From Camelus dromedarius (lineage: Eukaryota), in NCBI RefSeq assembly GCF_036321535.1, contig NC_087437.1:32056001-32120000 (forward strand): a DNA stretch of 64,000 nt. The letters are read 5' to 3'. The notes under the pieces are model-generated. The model ran no database searches, was not told the origin of the DNA, and saw only the letters and a list, made by a program, of their open reading frames with translations. Shown in pieces: positions 26,236-39,915 of this stretch. The position numbers and the translations under genes were made by a program. Position 1 is the first letter of the stretch; every line of letters starts with the position of its first letter.

Positions 26236-28309
26236 CTAAAAGAACGAAAATCATTGCATTAGATGTTCATCACATTACCCTTCAGCAAAGCATTACTCTT
26301 TGTTTAACTGCTTCTTATTCAAAATTGAAAATTGTATCTGCTCAATTTTTATTAGTCATTTAACAAATATTTATTGACTAATTACTATGGACTTAGGTCT
26401 ATGAAATTGCTTCTATAGCATATTCTGCCAGAGTTTAACATTGGTGTTTATGGCAACTTTGTATTAGAAATACTTTTTGAGGGATTCAGAGAATAAAAAG
26501 CAATTTTTATGGTCATCGACCATATTCTTATTTAGCTCTATTTTATGAAGCAAAAAAACCTTTCTGAATTTTAATATGTTGGAGGAAAGAGGTTTTCCAT
26601 GAATGATATTAACAGTTCCAAATATCTTTTATAGTAGAATTTATAAAAACACTCTGTGGGCCATTAAAAGTGCCTTCTTTAAGGCAGAGACTGTATGTGA
26701 AATAAGTTTGTAACACCTCTAAGGGCTAACACAGTGCCTTAGATAGAGTAAGGCCCTATAGATACGCTGCAGAAATAGCTCACTAATGCGCACTACGGTG
26801 CTGAATGATTAGAAAAAAGTAGCATGCATTTACCTTCCCTTACCTGTCTTTTATTACTGAGCCAGCCTAGAGCTACTTTTTCTGTTCAGCAATCACTATC
26901 AATCATATCACATGGGGTTAGTATTACTTCTTTCTTTACAATCACAAGGGTTAATAATCCTTAGAAATCCGTTCTCCAAGATGGCTTAATAATTCTGTTG
27001 GTTTGTCCTGTGCGTATTTACTTGGTTTTTGTTAACATTTTTCCTGGAGGTTGAGGAAAGGGGCCTCAAATTTACAGAAAAATCCTGGCTTTTTCAAACA
27101 TATGGCTATTTTCCCATAAGGGTCAAAGCAAACCTGGCATAGTTTTTTAGTGAGGGTGAGAGAAGACAATTTTGCCTTTTTTAATGGCACTGCTTATTAG
27201 GGAAAACCAACACAGAAAGCCTGGTGACAATCTTTTTTTTTTCCAGTTACATTCCACCCATTCTGTGGCCATGTCTGTGGTGGGCACCGTTGAAGGTTAG
27301 TTGGCAGGACTGGACCCTGCAGCTGTTCTGGCTGGGCTAGACAGGGGTCCTAACCTTGAAAGAGGGTTCATAGTTTTGGGTCCTCAGTGGTTGGAATCCC
27401 CCTGATAATCCAGCCTAGGGAGAGATGATGGAAGGAGAGCCCATCATCCATTAGGTAGCCAGGGCATTGTTTATCATATAACAAGCTATTGCTGAGAAAA
27501 TTTAAATGCATTTTTAACATAATTTTTATAGGCCACCTATAGTTTTGCATACATAATGAAAAACTTATTTTCCATCCCATGTTTGACTAAAATATACATG
27601 AATAGATTTTAAGAACCAGTTCATGGGGATACAGACTCATTCTGAATGTGTTTCCCTTTCTGACGTACACATATATAATGCTGGCTGCCCACAAACAGAT
27701 GGGAGGTTTTGACATCTTCTAGCCAGAAGATTCTAAAAGCTAGATTTTTACTCCTATTATAAATAAAACCAAGATAATGCTATCATTGGATATTTTACAA
27801 ACCATGATGATTGCCAAGGTTAATTTTAAAAGATCCAATGAACCCTCTCAAGATGACAAATTTGTGCAGGAGGTATTTTTCTATCTATAATAGTCCATGT
27901 GTAGTCACTAAACTGAAGTATTTCTCTGTTTCCTTGGAACTTAATTACATTTAAAAAATAAAAGTTACCTTTATTTTTGAACAGAAATTTCGATAGCTGG
28001 TGTTATTAAAATTAAAAATTCGTAAAGCACAAAATATACTCCAATATGCATATATCAGATATTGAGTATTATGCACATTTTAAAATCTCAAAATATATGA
28101 GTTGTTAGAGGAATACTTTTTCTTGAATTTACTAGCTTTTTCTTTCTACATAAAGCTCTGGTTGTAACAACAGGTAAAATAACATTTTCTTCCCTCAAAC
28201 TTCAAATTTCACAAAATTATAGTAAATCTCCCTTGATAATTTTATTGAATAAGTTTCTGATTTTTAAAAATAAAATTTTCTTACATATGGAGATCTATTT
28301 CATGTATTT

Positions 28310-28439
28310 TTCATGTCAATTTCCCCATCTATAAAATGGAGATAATAACTGTAACTCACAGGGTTGTTGGGAAGTCGAAATGACAGATCAGTGTGAAGCA
28401 CTGTTCCTAGCACAAAACAGGTAGTCAATAGGTGTTACA

Positions 28440-28440
<1 letters not shown>
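28310..28440 (+). mobile_element. MIR
   Basis: tttccccatctataaaatggagataataac...ctcacagggttgttggg. Confidence 0.75.

Positions 28441-28444
<4 letters not shown>

Positions 28445-28477
<33 letters not shown>
28445..28477. repeat. (TTA)n trinucleotide repeat at the MIR tail
   Basis: Perfect run of about 11 units. Confidence 0.95.
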
Positions 28478-28478
<1 letters not shown>

Positions 28479-28854
28479 ATTATTACTATGATTAATTCCT
28501 CTGGAAGCTTTATCTGTTCTGTCTATGCCTTGTGTTGCATAGAAAGAAACCACCAGTGGTTTAGACACAGGCAGATCAATATTCCATATCCTGGAGGGCA
28601 CTGATGTCCCCTGGAGAAGGCTGTGGCATAAGACTTTAGCAGAGGATAGTCATTCAGCTCCCTTCCCCTGCCCCTGTCTCCATACCAAGTGTTGGCTATT
28701 AAGCAGCATGGCGTGACTGAGTCAGAGCTCTTGTACCTGGGAGGATGACTTCTTTCACCCTCAAATTGCCTTATAGCATCTCTCTGAGGGGACTCTAGTC
28801 ATGAGAGAAGTTATGGGTTATCCCTAGACATCTGCTGACCAAGTGCCACTGGGA

Positions 28855-29070
28855 CAGGGTTGCCAAGTAAAATACAGGATACCCAGCCAAATTTGAATTT
28901 CAGATAAACAACAAAACTTTTTTCAGTATAAGTGTGTCTCTAATGGGACATAGTAAAAAATGTGTTGTATTATACTCAAATGACTATATTTATACTAAAA
29001 AATTACTTGTTCTCTACCTGAAATTTAACTGCATGTCCTGTATTTCTATTTATTAAATCTGGCGACCCTA
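28855..29070. mobile_element. MER53-like palindromic hAT MITE
   Basis: cagggttgccaagtaaaatacagga...aaatttgaatttcagataaacaac...tcctgtattt...aaatctggcgacccta. Confidence 0.85.
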
Positions 29071-30809
29071 TTCCTAGGTAAATCCCTGCTGCTCAGTGGG
29101 CAGGGACCTATAATGCTCATCCCTGTTGCCCTGTTCCTAGCACAATGCTTGGCACTCACAGGTACCTGAAGTGTTTGCAGAATAAATGAACTGAGACCAC
29201 CTATTTCTGAAGGTTTCTGAAGGCAGCCTGCTCCCTGCACTCACCAAAAAACCCTCCAGAAGTCTACCAGATGTCCATGAACCCCTGGCCACGTCTCCTG
29301 GTCCATGGGGAGTGGGGGGTACAGCGGTGTCATTTGGTAAATATCAAATGTGGAGAAAAGCAAGGAGCAAGAGTGGGAGTAAAAAGAAGGATTTGCAGAA
29401 GGCCAAATAGGAAGAGTGAAGAGACAACAATAAAATGTCTGGGCCAGAAAAGTGATCTCTAGATATGAGGCCGATGATTGTTCCCTATGAGCAGGATTCT
29501 CACCACAAAGACTTTCTCTTATACACAATCTTCTGTTTTTATGATTTGGATATCTGTATAACACAGGAGTCAGGGGATAGGGGTGGTAATGAAGAGTAAC
29601 CAAGGCAGCCAAAGCTGCAAGGTAGACCAGAGAAAACTTTGTCACTGCCATCAATCCACCTGGATTTGTCACACGTTCAGCTAGCAGGGAATTAGAACAA
29701 GTCTGTTTCCACTAAGTTGAAAGGTCAGAAAATGGTAGATAGAAGTTTGAGTTTATAAACATTCACTGCTCCTTTACTTCTTCTCCGCTTGGTTTTTAAA
29801 TTTAGTATAAATAGATAGGGAATCTGAAAAACAAAGATCTTTTCCAGAGATAAACTGCATTCCTTCTAGAGCAAAAAAAATGCATCACAAATGTGAAAGC
29901 ACTAGTAGAGGGTTGAGCCCCTGGACCTGTGTGCATTTACTTGTGGGTGGCTGGAGATGGGGGGGCGGGGGTTGGGCTCATGCAGGGGAGTTGTTATTTC
30001 TTCTCCATGTGTCACTTTTAACTCCAGAGGTAATTTTACAGAAATCTTTGTCAGAGTTCTATAATTCCCTAAATATTAACTTGGCTTTAACTCAACATGC
30101 CACATTACAAGAGGCTCAGATGATTTCCAGTCTGAGCAGTTTCTGGTCTCTGTTGCCAAGATAAAGTTTTTGAAAGCACCCTTTAGGGATACCTTGGAGG
30201 GGCAAGAGGAGGCTTAATTTCCTCCCTCTTGTGTGAGCGGGGCTCCCCCTTAGGAAGGAATTGGTCTCACTGCTTACTGCTCTCACTAAGCTGGGAGATG
30301 AGACTATAAAACTGGCAGAGGTGGAGAGACTGGCAGCCTCTTTTCCTGGCTCCTTAAATCAAAGCAAAATAATATTAATTAACTTTTGATGAGCTTGGCT
30401 TATGATCCCACATCCAGGATCTGTACTCCTGCAGAGTTAAGCTTGTTAGAAGAGAAGTAGGAGAACATAATGGATCAAAACGACACAGGAGTCCTAAACT
30501 CTTAGGTTGTTATGTTCCTTACTCTTCAGCAATTTCTTGGGTCATCAATCATCATAAGAATGACAGAGATGATCCCCCAGCTCCATAGCGCTGTCATCTG
30601 TTTGGGCCTGCAGTGAGTAATGCCACTGTAACAGCTAAACTCCAACACTAAGGGAAAGGACGAGGCTGACTCTCTTGGTACTCTCTTCTACCTCTGACGT
30701 CCTCAGTGGGCAAGAGCAGAGACCAGCAGATGTCCAGTTATATGGACACCAGGATACAGAACTTTGCTGAAATGAAATGACTCCATGATTCATTTCATTC
30801 ACAGAAGAT

Positions 30810-31060
30810 TATTTTAGAGGCTTCAAAAGGAGACAGTTATCGGGAAATGGACTGAACATGGCCTTCCAGGGAAAAGACTTAGGTTCATAACTCCAATCTT
30901 CTATTTATTAGTGATGGGCAAATCTCTTTATGACTCTAAGTCTCATTTCTGTCATCCAAAAATAGTAGCAATGATAATACATCATCAGATTGCTGAAAGC
31001 ATTATTTAAGACAATGGATTTGACAGTGTGGCCTATACAGAATAGGCGTGAAAAAGTCAA
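30810..31060 (+). mobile_element. MIR
   Basis: aaagacttaggttc...tgatgggcaaatctc...ctctaagtctcatttct...tgacagtgtggcctatacag. Confidence 0.55.
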
Positions 31061-31435
31061 ATGGTACAACCCTAGGTGGCTACTGCCCAGTGTGGACATT
31101 TGACACTGAAAGAAGGCATTCTGTACAGGTAATACCAACCCTGGAAGATGAGCTTCTCCCGTACTAAGCCAGGAAGGACCATACAGTCCCTCCTGTCATT
31201 ATACGATGCTAAAGTAGATTGTGGACTACAGGAGAGTCACCCTCCCTACTGTGTGAGCATACACAGACTGGAAGATAGAAACAGTTGCTTTTTAAAATCT
31301 TTGTACTTTAAATATGAATTCTGAGCAATTGCTGACACGTAGAGAGAATTCTCTACAGTTAGAACAAAAGTTTAAAAGCCCTGGTACGAGCAAGTGATCA
31401 CTCTAATACAGATGCTCAGTCATTTGCTCACTTTT

Positions 31436-31917
31436 GTTTTTAGCATATTTTCTTGAAATATAGTTGATTTACAATGTTGTGTTAATTTCAGGTGTACAGC
31501 AAAGTAATTTGGTTATACATACATAAATGTATTCTTTTTCAGATTCATTTCCATTATAGGTTATTATAAGATATTGAATACAGTTTCCTGTGCTGTACAG
31601 TATGTCCTTGTTGTTCATCTATTTTATACATAGTAGTATACTAGTGTGTATGTGTTAATCCAAAACTCCTAATTTATCCCTCCCCCTCTTTCCCCTTTGG
31701 TGACCAAAAGATTGTTTTCTATGTCTTTGAGTCTATTTCTGTTTTGTAAATAAGTCCATTTGTATCATTTTTTTTTTAGATTTCACATATAAGTGATATC
31801 ATATGATATTCGTCTTTCTCTGTCTGACTTACTTCACTTAGTATGATGATCTCTAGGTCCATCCATGTTGCTGCAAATGGAATTATTTCATTCTTTTTTA
31901 TGGCTGAGTAATATTCC

Positions 31918-31952
<35 letters not shown>

Positions 31953-32240
31953 CACATCTTCTTTAGCCAATCATCTGCTGATGGACACTTAGGTTGCTTC
32001 CATGTCTTGGCTATTGTAAATAGTACTGCTGTGAACACTGGGGTTTTTTGAATTAGAGTTTTCTCTGGATATATGCCCAGGAGTGGGATTGTTGGATCAT
32101 ATGGTAACATTATTTTAGTTTTTTAAGAAACTTCTATACTGTTCCCCATAGTGGCTGCACCAAATTACATTCCCACCAATAGTGTAGGAGAGTTCCTTTT
32201 TCTCTGCACCAGATGGATGTTCTCTAAAATTTGCAATATT
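31436..32240 (-). mobile_element. 5'-truncated young L1 (ORF2 end plus 3' UTR) with 14-bp TSD and internal (CA)15
   Basis: ORF track shows the ORF2-end motifs LPYDPTIPLLGIYP and LFTIAKTWKQPKCPS. TSD atttgctcactttt at 31422-31435 and 32241-32254; (AC)n at 31921-31950. Confidence 0.93.
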
Positions 32241-32318
32241 ATTTGCTCACTTTTCATTCAACCAGCATGAGAGAGAATGGGACACAGAAAAAGATCAGCA
32301 AAAAGTGCAAAGCCCCTG

Positions 32319-32486
32319 TCCTTGCTGCTCAAAATGAGGTTGCCAGGCCAGCAGAATCAGCATCACCTTCTAGGTTATTGGACATGCAGAATCTTGGGCT
32401 CTGCCCCAGACCTACTAAGTCAGAACAGGCACTTTAACCCAATCCCTAGGTGCCCCACTGACAAATTCAAGTTTGAGAAGCAGTGG
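32319..32486. mobile_element. MER5A-like MITE
   Basis: ccagcagaatcagcatcacc...atgcagaatcttgggctctgccccagacctactaagtcagaa...aagtttgagaagcagtgg. Confidence 0.8.
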
Positions 32487-33194
32487 CCCAGGCAATGAAA
32501 GAAAAGAATCTGAAGCAGACCATGGTAAAGGCACTTTCTCTTGACCAAGCAAGGCTGCTGAGGGTTTCCCTAATTCTATAGTGAGGTAAGACTTAAAACA
32601 ATAAGCTGTGTGTTGTTTGGAGTTGGTATGTGGTAAAGTGTACATAGTTCTCTCCCATTCTCTCCCAAAGACCCTCAAGCCTTCTGGGGTCTTTATGAAT
32701 TCTGAGGTAAAGGTACCTTTCCACTTTTTGCCCCTGATAGATACTAGTTCAGATGGACTTCAAATCATTAGTCAAGATTCCTGAGACTAACATGGGCAGA
32801 CTGGGTGAGCAGCAGCCTTGAATCCTAACAAATTGTCAGCTAGATGCGAAACTAGTTACAAAAGCACTTAGTAAACTATAAAAGAATACAGCAATGTGAA
32901 GTAGTAATGTCATCAGAGCACACTGAATCAGGGGTAAGAATTGTAGAGACAACATTCTCCTTTTCTAGGCTAACTTCATCATCTGGGAACATAAGCAGAT
33001 AAAAGGGGCTGGTAGTGAGGATTAAGGGGAGAGTATTTGCCATGAAAATGCAACCACTGGGTCTGGACATGGAAAAAGTTAAGACATTGTCACTTGCCAT
33101 CATTTGACACTGGAAGAGCAGGGAAATGGTTAAGTTACCTTTTTGATACATCCTCTCACCAGGTCTTCTCATTCTTCCAGAGAAGCAGGCCCTA

Positions 33195-33310
33195 ATGCCA
33201 ATTCCCTTTTAAAGATGGAGTAGCTGAGGCACAGAGATGTCAAGTAATTTACTGAAGATCAGCTAGGAAACCCAGCATTAAACACAGGTATCTGCCTCCA
33301 GAGCTCACCC
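33195..33310 (-). mobile_element. MIR fragment
   Basis: tttaaagatggagtagctgaggcacagagatgtcaagtaattt. Confidence 0.6.
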
Positions 33311-35930
33311 ACCTAAAACACCCTCCCCCACTGGCTTCTCAGTAGGCATTTCCTTTAGTTTGCCTCTGAATCTACCCCAGGAAGAAGTAATACATATTAT
33401 GGGATTGGTGACAACATAGTAACCAACAAGAATGTACGCTAATATCGCTGAGTAACATTCTGTAGGAACAGACACCAGAACAGAGTTGACATATAATCAC
33501 TGAGCAACCCTTCCCAGTGATCTGAAAAATAAATTTTGGTGTCCTCTTTAAGAAAAACTGAAAGGGGTCCAAAACTCAGGAAATGGCATGCAAATAGCAA
33601 CATCAGAGTTCAATCATGATGGATGCCAAAAAGGAACAGAGAGCTGTTCGGGAACCAACACAGCAAATAGCTAGGTAATCAGGGTCCAGTAGAACTGTCT
33701 TAGCCTCAGCTGTTACTTTCCAAAAGGGGCTGTCGAGGGTCAAGTCCCTCTTACCTCTCCTCCCAGAGCACAGGTTTTCTTTTCCTCAGGCTAAATCTTT
33801 GATGTTCCCTGTCTTGTGTCCAAGGGGAAGCCAAGCCATAGAAGCTTGATGAAAACCTGTTTTCTTTTTTGCGTGTCTTGGGTTTTGAACACTGCTGCAT
33901 TACAGGAAAGGGGTCTGGTCTCCCTGGTCGCTCACTCCCCTGTCAGGGCTGCCTCGCCTCCACCTCCACCCTCTTTGTCCACACTGGCGACTCAGCCCCT
34001 CTGGGGCCTCACACTCACTGGGCCTGCTTCATCAGCTGCTTCAAAGCTGATAATGATGTCTCCCACCTACCTCTCTTGCTGATAAACGAATTCCTGAAAT
34101 ACCTTTACAGACCTTCACATCACCATAAATGCTGCTTTAAGGAAAGACAAACGGTGGAGTAAATGAACAGCAGATGGAACATAAATGGTACCACATGTCA
34201 GATTTAACTTCTTCAGTGAGAAGCAGGGCAAAAAACCGAAGCCCTTCCTTCCCTACGCACAGAGGAGTAACAAGAACCACAGCCACTGCCACGAATGGTA
34301 GCTCTGATTTTCTTTGTATACAAGTGACCACAATACACCTCCCTAGATTGAAAAGATACAGGGTTTTTGTTTGTTTGTTTGTTTTTTAATGAAAACTCTG
34401 GCTACCTTAGTGGGGTGACAATGCATTCAGCTTTTCCTAAGCAAGGGGCAACACTGACCAGAACATCACATGTTTCTAATTATGGTCCTGAACCTCCTTA
34501 TGCACATTTTCTGAGCCAACAGTTGGTCTCAAAGAATCAATTTCTCTTTGTATTAACATGTTTTGCCTAAAAAAGTGGGAATGTGTGTAAGCACTTTATA
34601 AAGACTCTATTTTCCTTCCATAGAGCATAGGCTCTGAATATTAGCTCTCTCCAGCTTTGGGGAGACTGGAGGGGCACACAGAAAGATACTGAGCATTTCA
34701 GAGCAGGACTGTAGGCTTGGAGGAGTGGAGAGGCAATGTGAGCTGTTGCAAATCAAAGGAGAAAAGGTCACCATGGGCATGGGTGGGTGGGGAAGACCTC
34801 AAGGGGAATGGATACCAGACTACAGTTCTGGAGAAGGCAGCCTTCAGTGGGAAAAGAGGCCCAAAAAAGGTATTCTAGAAGGTAATAATAAAAGTTAGTG
34901 GGCTATCACTTGGGGGAGGAATACGCAAGTCACCCTTGACATTCCTTTAAAATTCCTTTGAATTATCAATGTGAATACTGTGAATCTAGTCCACTCTAAA
35001 ATTTGAGACCCATTGGACTAGACTAAAGGAAGAAATGAAAGGAAACTCTATGAGCTGATGTCTGGGCATTTACACTATTGCCCCTCCAAGAACCACATAG
35101 GCCTAGAGGTGAATAGGGGTTGGGTAGAGAATGTTACTTTGTTCTTGCCCACCCACAAGATTTTCTCCATTATGCTTTAATATGAAACCTCTATAATCCT
35201 ACTATATATTAAAAGACTGTTGTTGTGAGAACATAAAAATATAACATAGTAAAAAAGCTCCTAACACTGAATCTGTCATGTGGTAGGAGCTGGTTAAAAG
35301 CTTGATCAGACTTGCAGACACAGCCTTCTCTGCAAACTTGGAGAGAAGAACCTGGCTCCCTGCTCTCTGCAGTTTTGCCCGTGGGCTCACTAAAGAGCCA
35401 TCACTCCCAAGCTCCCAGATTATGCCTCCAGGGACTGTGATTCACACCAGGGTTGGGTTCTAATGTGACTCCTGGATGTCAAGATGGGAACACTGGAATG
35501 ATAGGTTGCAAAGAGTGCCACAGTTGGAAAAAGGTCTGCACGTTGCTTTGCTACACATTCTGGACACACACTGACTTAATTCCCTGTTCTCCCTTGTCAT
35601 CTATTTCTTTGATGTTCAGTGCATGAAATTTAGGATAAACCAAAACTCTGGGGTCACTCTAAGGAGGGCAGATTCCTGGAGTCCTTCTCTTGAGAACGTA
35701 ATCTCTTTATTCTATTTTCCCTTCATTCTCTCCCGTATACTGCTGTTTTATTTCCTTCCCTCCACTGTCTTATCACTTTCCATTTACAGGTTTCCCCCAT
35801 TATCCGAAAGTAAAGGGCTCCTATGAAACCTTTCCTAAACTGAAAAGATACAAAGAGAAGAAGCAATTACCCTCTTTTTGGTAAAAGCAAAAATCCTCTT
35901 TGGATTTCTTTCTGTTAGTGAAAGTAGGTA

Positions 35931-36136
35931 CAATCATCTCTCCATATCCCCTGTTTTGCATCCTTGGATTCAACCAACCACAGACTGAATTTCAAATTTT
36001 GATCCGTAATTGGTTGAAATCACGGATGCGGAACTAGGCTATACTTGGAGGGCAACTGCGCTACACCATTTTATATGAGGAACTTGAGGATGGATGGACT
36101 TTGGTATCCATGGGGGTCTTGGAACCAAGACGACTG
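35931..36136. mobile_element. Tigger-family MITE (MER2-like) with TA TSD
   Basis: ta|caatc...ttgcatccttggattcaaccaacc...ccattttatatgaggaacttgag...ttggtatccatgggggtcttggaaccaa...gactg|ta. Confidence 0.8.
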
Positions 36137-38365
36137 TACTAATGTAGGTCTTCCCTAAAAGTGAAGGGATGTAAAGTGAACTTTTGAAAAGTGAGGGATA
36201 CCTATACCCCAAAATCAGATTTACACTTACCCAATTGGTTTTCACTATATTTTACCTTTCATTGTCTCCCCACCATCTCCTGCCTGATTCTTAAAAACAA
36301 AGAATAAAGACAGTCTCACCACTACTACCATCAACACGAAAGCAACCAAAGAACGCACCACCCATTTAACCAAGCCAGAGGTTTGGCAAACCTTTAATCA
36401 CATGCTTTGTGTTAAAACTTTTCTTATAAGTAACTTTTCCCCCCATGACTTTGATGGCTTTGGCTAGAGTTTGAAAGCTGGATGTGAGGGAATTGTGACC
36501 CAGGCCTGGGACTTAGGGCTGTGTCAGGGGCCCCTTCTCCTCTCCCGCTGCTCTCCCCTGGTGCCTTCCTTTTGGCACTCCTTTCTCTCTCTCTTTCCTC
36601 ATTTATTTTTACCTCCCCACCCCTGCTTTCTTTCCTCAATTTCCATCCCTCAGAGCTTCCATCCCTAATTGGGGCCTGAGCCTAACCTCCAACCAAGACC
36701 ACCTGTGACAAATTGTCCCCAATTCTGATGGTGCCTGATTAGAGGAGCCTCCCTGGCACAACATGAATTTGGCAAAGGCGTCTTCTAGTCCAGCGATCAC
36801 TGACTGCTCAGCTAGCACACAGTTGCTAGGAGCCACCCTCTCCTTCCCCAGCTTTCCCTGGGTCCTGGCAAGCAAATGATTCAATGGTTAGTGGCTACCC
36901 AGCAGGCTGCTGAGGGCTCACACAGTTTCAAAAGGTATAGATCTTTTCTCCTACCTGGACACGTTCTCTAGTTTAATCCACAATTGCTGTTATCTTTCTT
37001 TTGCTTCTCCAGAATTAATTTCCACATCTAAACATTTTTCTTGGCTGTCCTGTTATTTAGCCTCTGTTGGTTTATTATTTAGATATAAACATTCTTCTTA
37101 AAACATAGAAAAAAGAGAAGTGCAAGTGTGCTTACCTGGTGCATCAGATAAAACTCACCCAGTTAATTCAGTTATTTGGCACAAAGGAGGTTCCTATCTC
37201 CTTTAGTTTTCCATTCTCTCTAGGATGCTAATTGTTTTTCTTTTGATAGTCTTGTAATTTTGGCCTGAAGTCTAAAATCTGGCCTGCTGGGATATGTGTC
37301 AGATTTGTAAATTAGATGACATCTGTTTTGAATTTTATCATCTTTAATTTTCTTTCAAGCTCACTTCTCTTATTCATTTCCCCTTCAATTGTAAGGATCA
37401 GACTTTGCTGGATGCTTTAGACAGAAGTGTAGACCTTTCTGCTTTGGGGAGCACAGATTAAAATTACTGAAGCTAAATGATCACAATGAAGGCTATTCAG
37501 AGAAAAGATGTTGGGAGAGAAGCCTTAGCAACCATCCCAGAGAGGATGAGCAGCTGATACAAAAGGCTGGCTGTCCACACCAGCCTTTTTAGGTTCCCAC
37601 CGAATAATTACAATCGATTAGAAGGAGATTGACAGTGAGGGTTGAAATGGGTGAAATATTTTGAATTGAGAGAGCCTGAGGTGGTGGCGGTGGTGGTGGT
37701 ACATGAGGGGAGTGGTGACCTTTTATCTTTTTACATTTAATTTATTTCTCAGAAAAATAATAAAAGGAGGAGAGATGCATTTTCCCAATGCAGATCCTAT
37801 TTTGACAATGAGACTTTATTTTTTTTCTCCTATCTACACATTTCCTAAATTCTTTTCTTGGGGAAATTGTTTACTGCTAATTGAATCGGGCCAACTTATT
37901 AAGAATCATTTTTCCTGTCAGAATGCCTAATGTAACATCCTTGTATAACATGTTTTTCTTTTATATAAACCTTTTACACACATGTAATCTCACAGACAGT
38001 CAACTGACCTCCTGCAGCTTTGCATGTGTAGTGGCAAGAGAGAACAGACAGACTGCTGGCCAGGATACAGGCCTGAGCTCTCACCTCTGATGCACACACT
38101 GGTCATCACTGGAAGAAGAAATGAGCAGGCTGGCTGTGTGCAGAATACAAAGTGGCTCCCTTGAACCCCAGCTGTAGAATTTCTAAGCTGAATTTCTGAA
38201 ACCACATCATGAAAGTTGGCTGGCAATGCCTTTGAGCTTGCACAGAGATGACAAATCCCTTCATGATGTTGGCTTTGGACTTCTTGGATAATGCCATGTG
38301 TAGGCTGTTGTCAGGCAGCTCATGAGTCTGTGAAGATGCTGTTTTTGAACGGGACATGTATATAG

Positions 38366-38581
38366 CAATAGTTCTTAACTAGGGGTGATTTTTGTCTCTA
38401 AGGGGACATTTAACAATATCTGGAGACATTTTTGGTCATCACCACTGAGGGGGAGGGTTGCTACTAGTGTCTAGTGGGTAGAGGCCAGGGAAGCTGGTAA
38501 ATATTCTAGAATGCACAGAACAGCCCCACAACCAAGAATTATCTAACCCAAATTTCAGTAGTACCAAAGTTATAAACCCTG
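38366..38581. mobile_element. MER20
   Basis: ggggtgattttt...ggggacatttaacaatatctggagacatttttgg...tctagtgggtagaggccaggga...aaaccctg. TSD gtatatag/gtatatat. Confidence 0.88.
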
Positions 38582-38789
38582 GTATATATATCTACACCTA
38601 TATTGAACCAGGCAACAACATATTTTTGTATGCTCAATCAAAACTACAGTGTTGAGAGAAAAGGGCACTTACCGTCTGTCTTCCTCAGATGAATAGCTAT
38701 TGTTGACTCTGAAGACCATCTTGGCCAGAAAATATTCTCTGTGTGGAACGAGCCAAGAGGCCCTCCCAGATGGGCTCCCCTCCTGTCTT

Positions 38790-39720
38790 TTCTTGGTTAT
38801 CAGCATCCTCTCCCATGTGTATGCAGTCACTCAAGCTAGATAGCTCTGGGTTTTACTCACCCTCCTTCCTTTTTCCCCACTCCCCCTCTCACCAGTAATC
38901 GTTTCTTCATAATTCCAAGCTAGCTCACTATATCGATCTGTCCTGACTTCTTAGGCTCCCTGCTGCTGACTTAGCCTAGGCCTCCCTCACAATGGAGGGA
39001 GCCTATTGTCAAGGCTTCAACAACAGCATCCTGGCCACTCTCTCTCTTGCCAGCCCACAGCTCCAGCCAAATCCATTCAGGGCTCCACTCGTTAGCCACT
39101 TTCTCATCCTTTAGTCCTTTACTAGAGAAGCATTTATTGAGTGCCCACTATCAGCTGATTACTGTGCTAGAAGCTGTGTTCATTCCCTGAATTAAAATCT
39201 TTCCAAGCCTCCATGTTGCTTACAGGACAAACTCCTTGCTTCTCTGAGAACCTACCTCTGACCTAACTTTTCTGTTTACTCTCCCACCCTCCACTGATGT
39301 ATTCACTCCATACGTGTTGAACCAACAGTTTTTCCTTAGTCTGGATCACACACTCTTAAGTTCTTTCATCTTTGCATGTGTGGGGCATCCTTTCTATTTC
39401 AGGTATCCTTTCAACCCTTATCTGCATAACTTTCATTCATTCTGTACAACTTAATCTGGTACCTATGCAGATGCCTGGCACATGGAAGCTACTCAATAAA
39501 CACAGAATGAACTTAAATTTCACCTTCCTTGTGAGACATTCTTGGGTTCCCTGGCTGTCCATCTCTCATGCTCCACAGTCTGCTGTACACACTGCCACTA
39601 AAACCCTGGCTCATGCTTTGACTGCGAGCCCCTTGAGGAATGGCATTTTATGTCTTATGTTTTGTTTTATGTCTCTTGGGACCCCCAGGCTCTGTGCCAT
39701 GCTGAATCTAAAGTGAACCC
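38790..39720. mobile_element. Degenerate L2 fragments
   Basis: Pyrimidine-rich L2-like body plus tails (catttattgagtgcccacta; tgcctggcacatggaagctactcaataaa). Confidence 0.5.
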
Positions 39721-39915
39721 TTGGGACTAAATACTCACTATTTTCTCAAGATGGCTTTTCATGTTTTTGGAATCCTGTTTTAGACCGGAAATGATATGCA
39801 TCATTTGTAATCCCCCCAAACTCAACAAAATTTGATGCTAGTATCAAATGGGCCCTGTCCCTTGTCCACAACTGAATACATTCCAATGCACAGGATTTGA
39901 AATTTGAGGCCATCC

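Noticed and set aside
25959..26363. 134-aa plus-strand ORF (also the 25275-25550 ORFs)
   Set aside because: Antisense shadows of the VEPH1 coding exons.
35545..35570. ctttgctacaca, resembling the antisense of the next VEPH1 exon (CVAK)
   Set aside because: Short chance match in the wrong position relative to exon order, with no extension.
37131..37160. Two strong minus-strand donor-like sites (CAG|gtaagc, TGG|gtgagt)
   Set aside because: No convincing paired acceptor found at exon-like distance.
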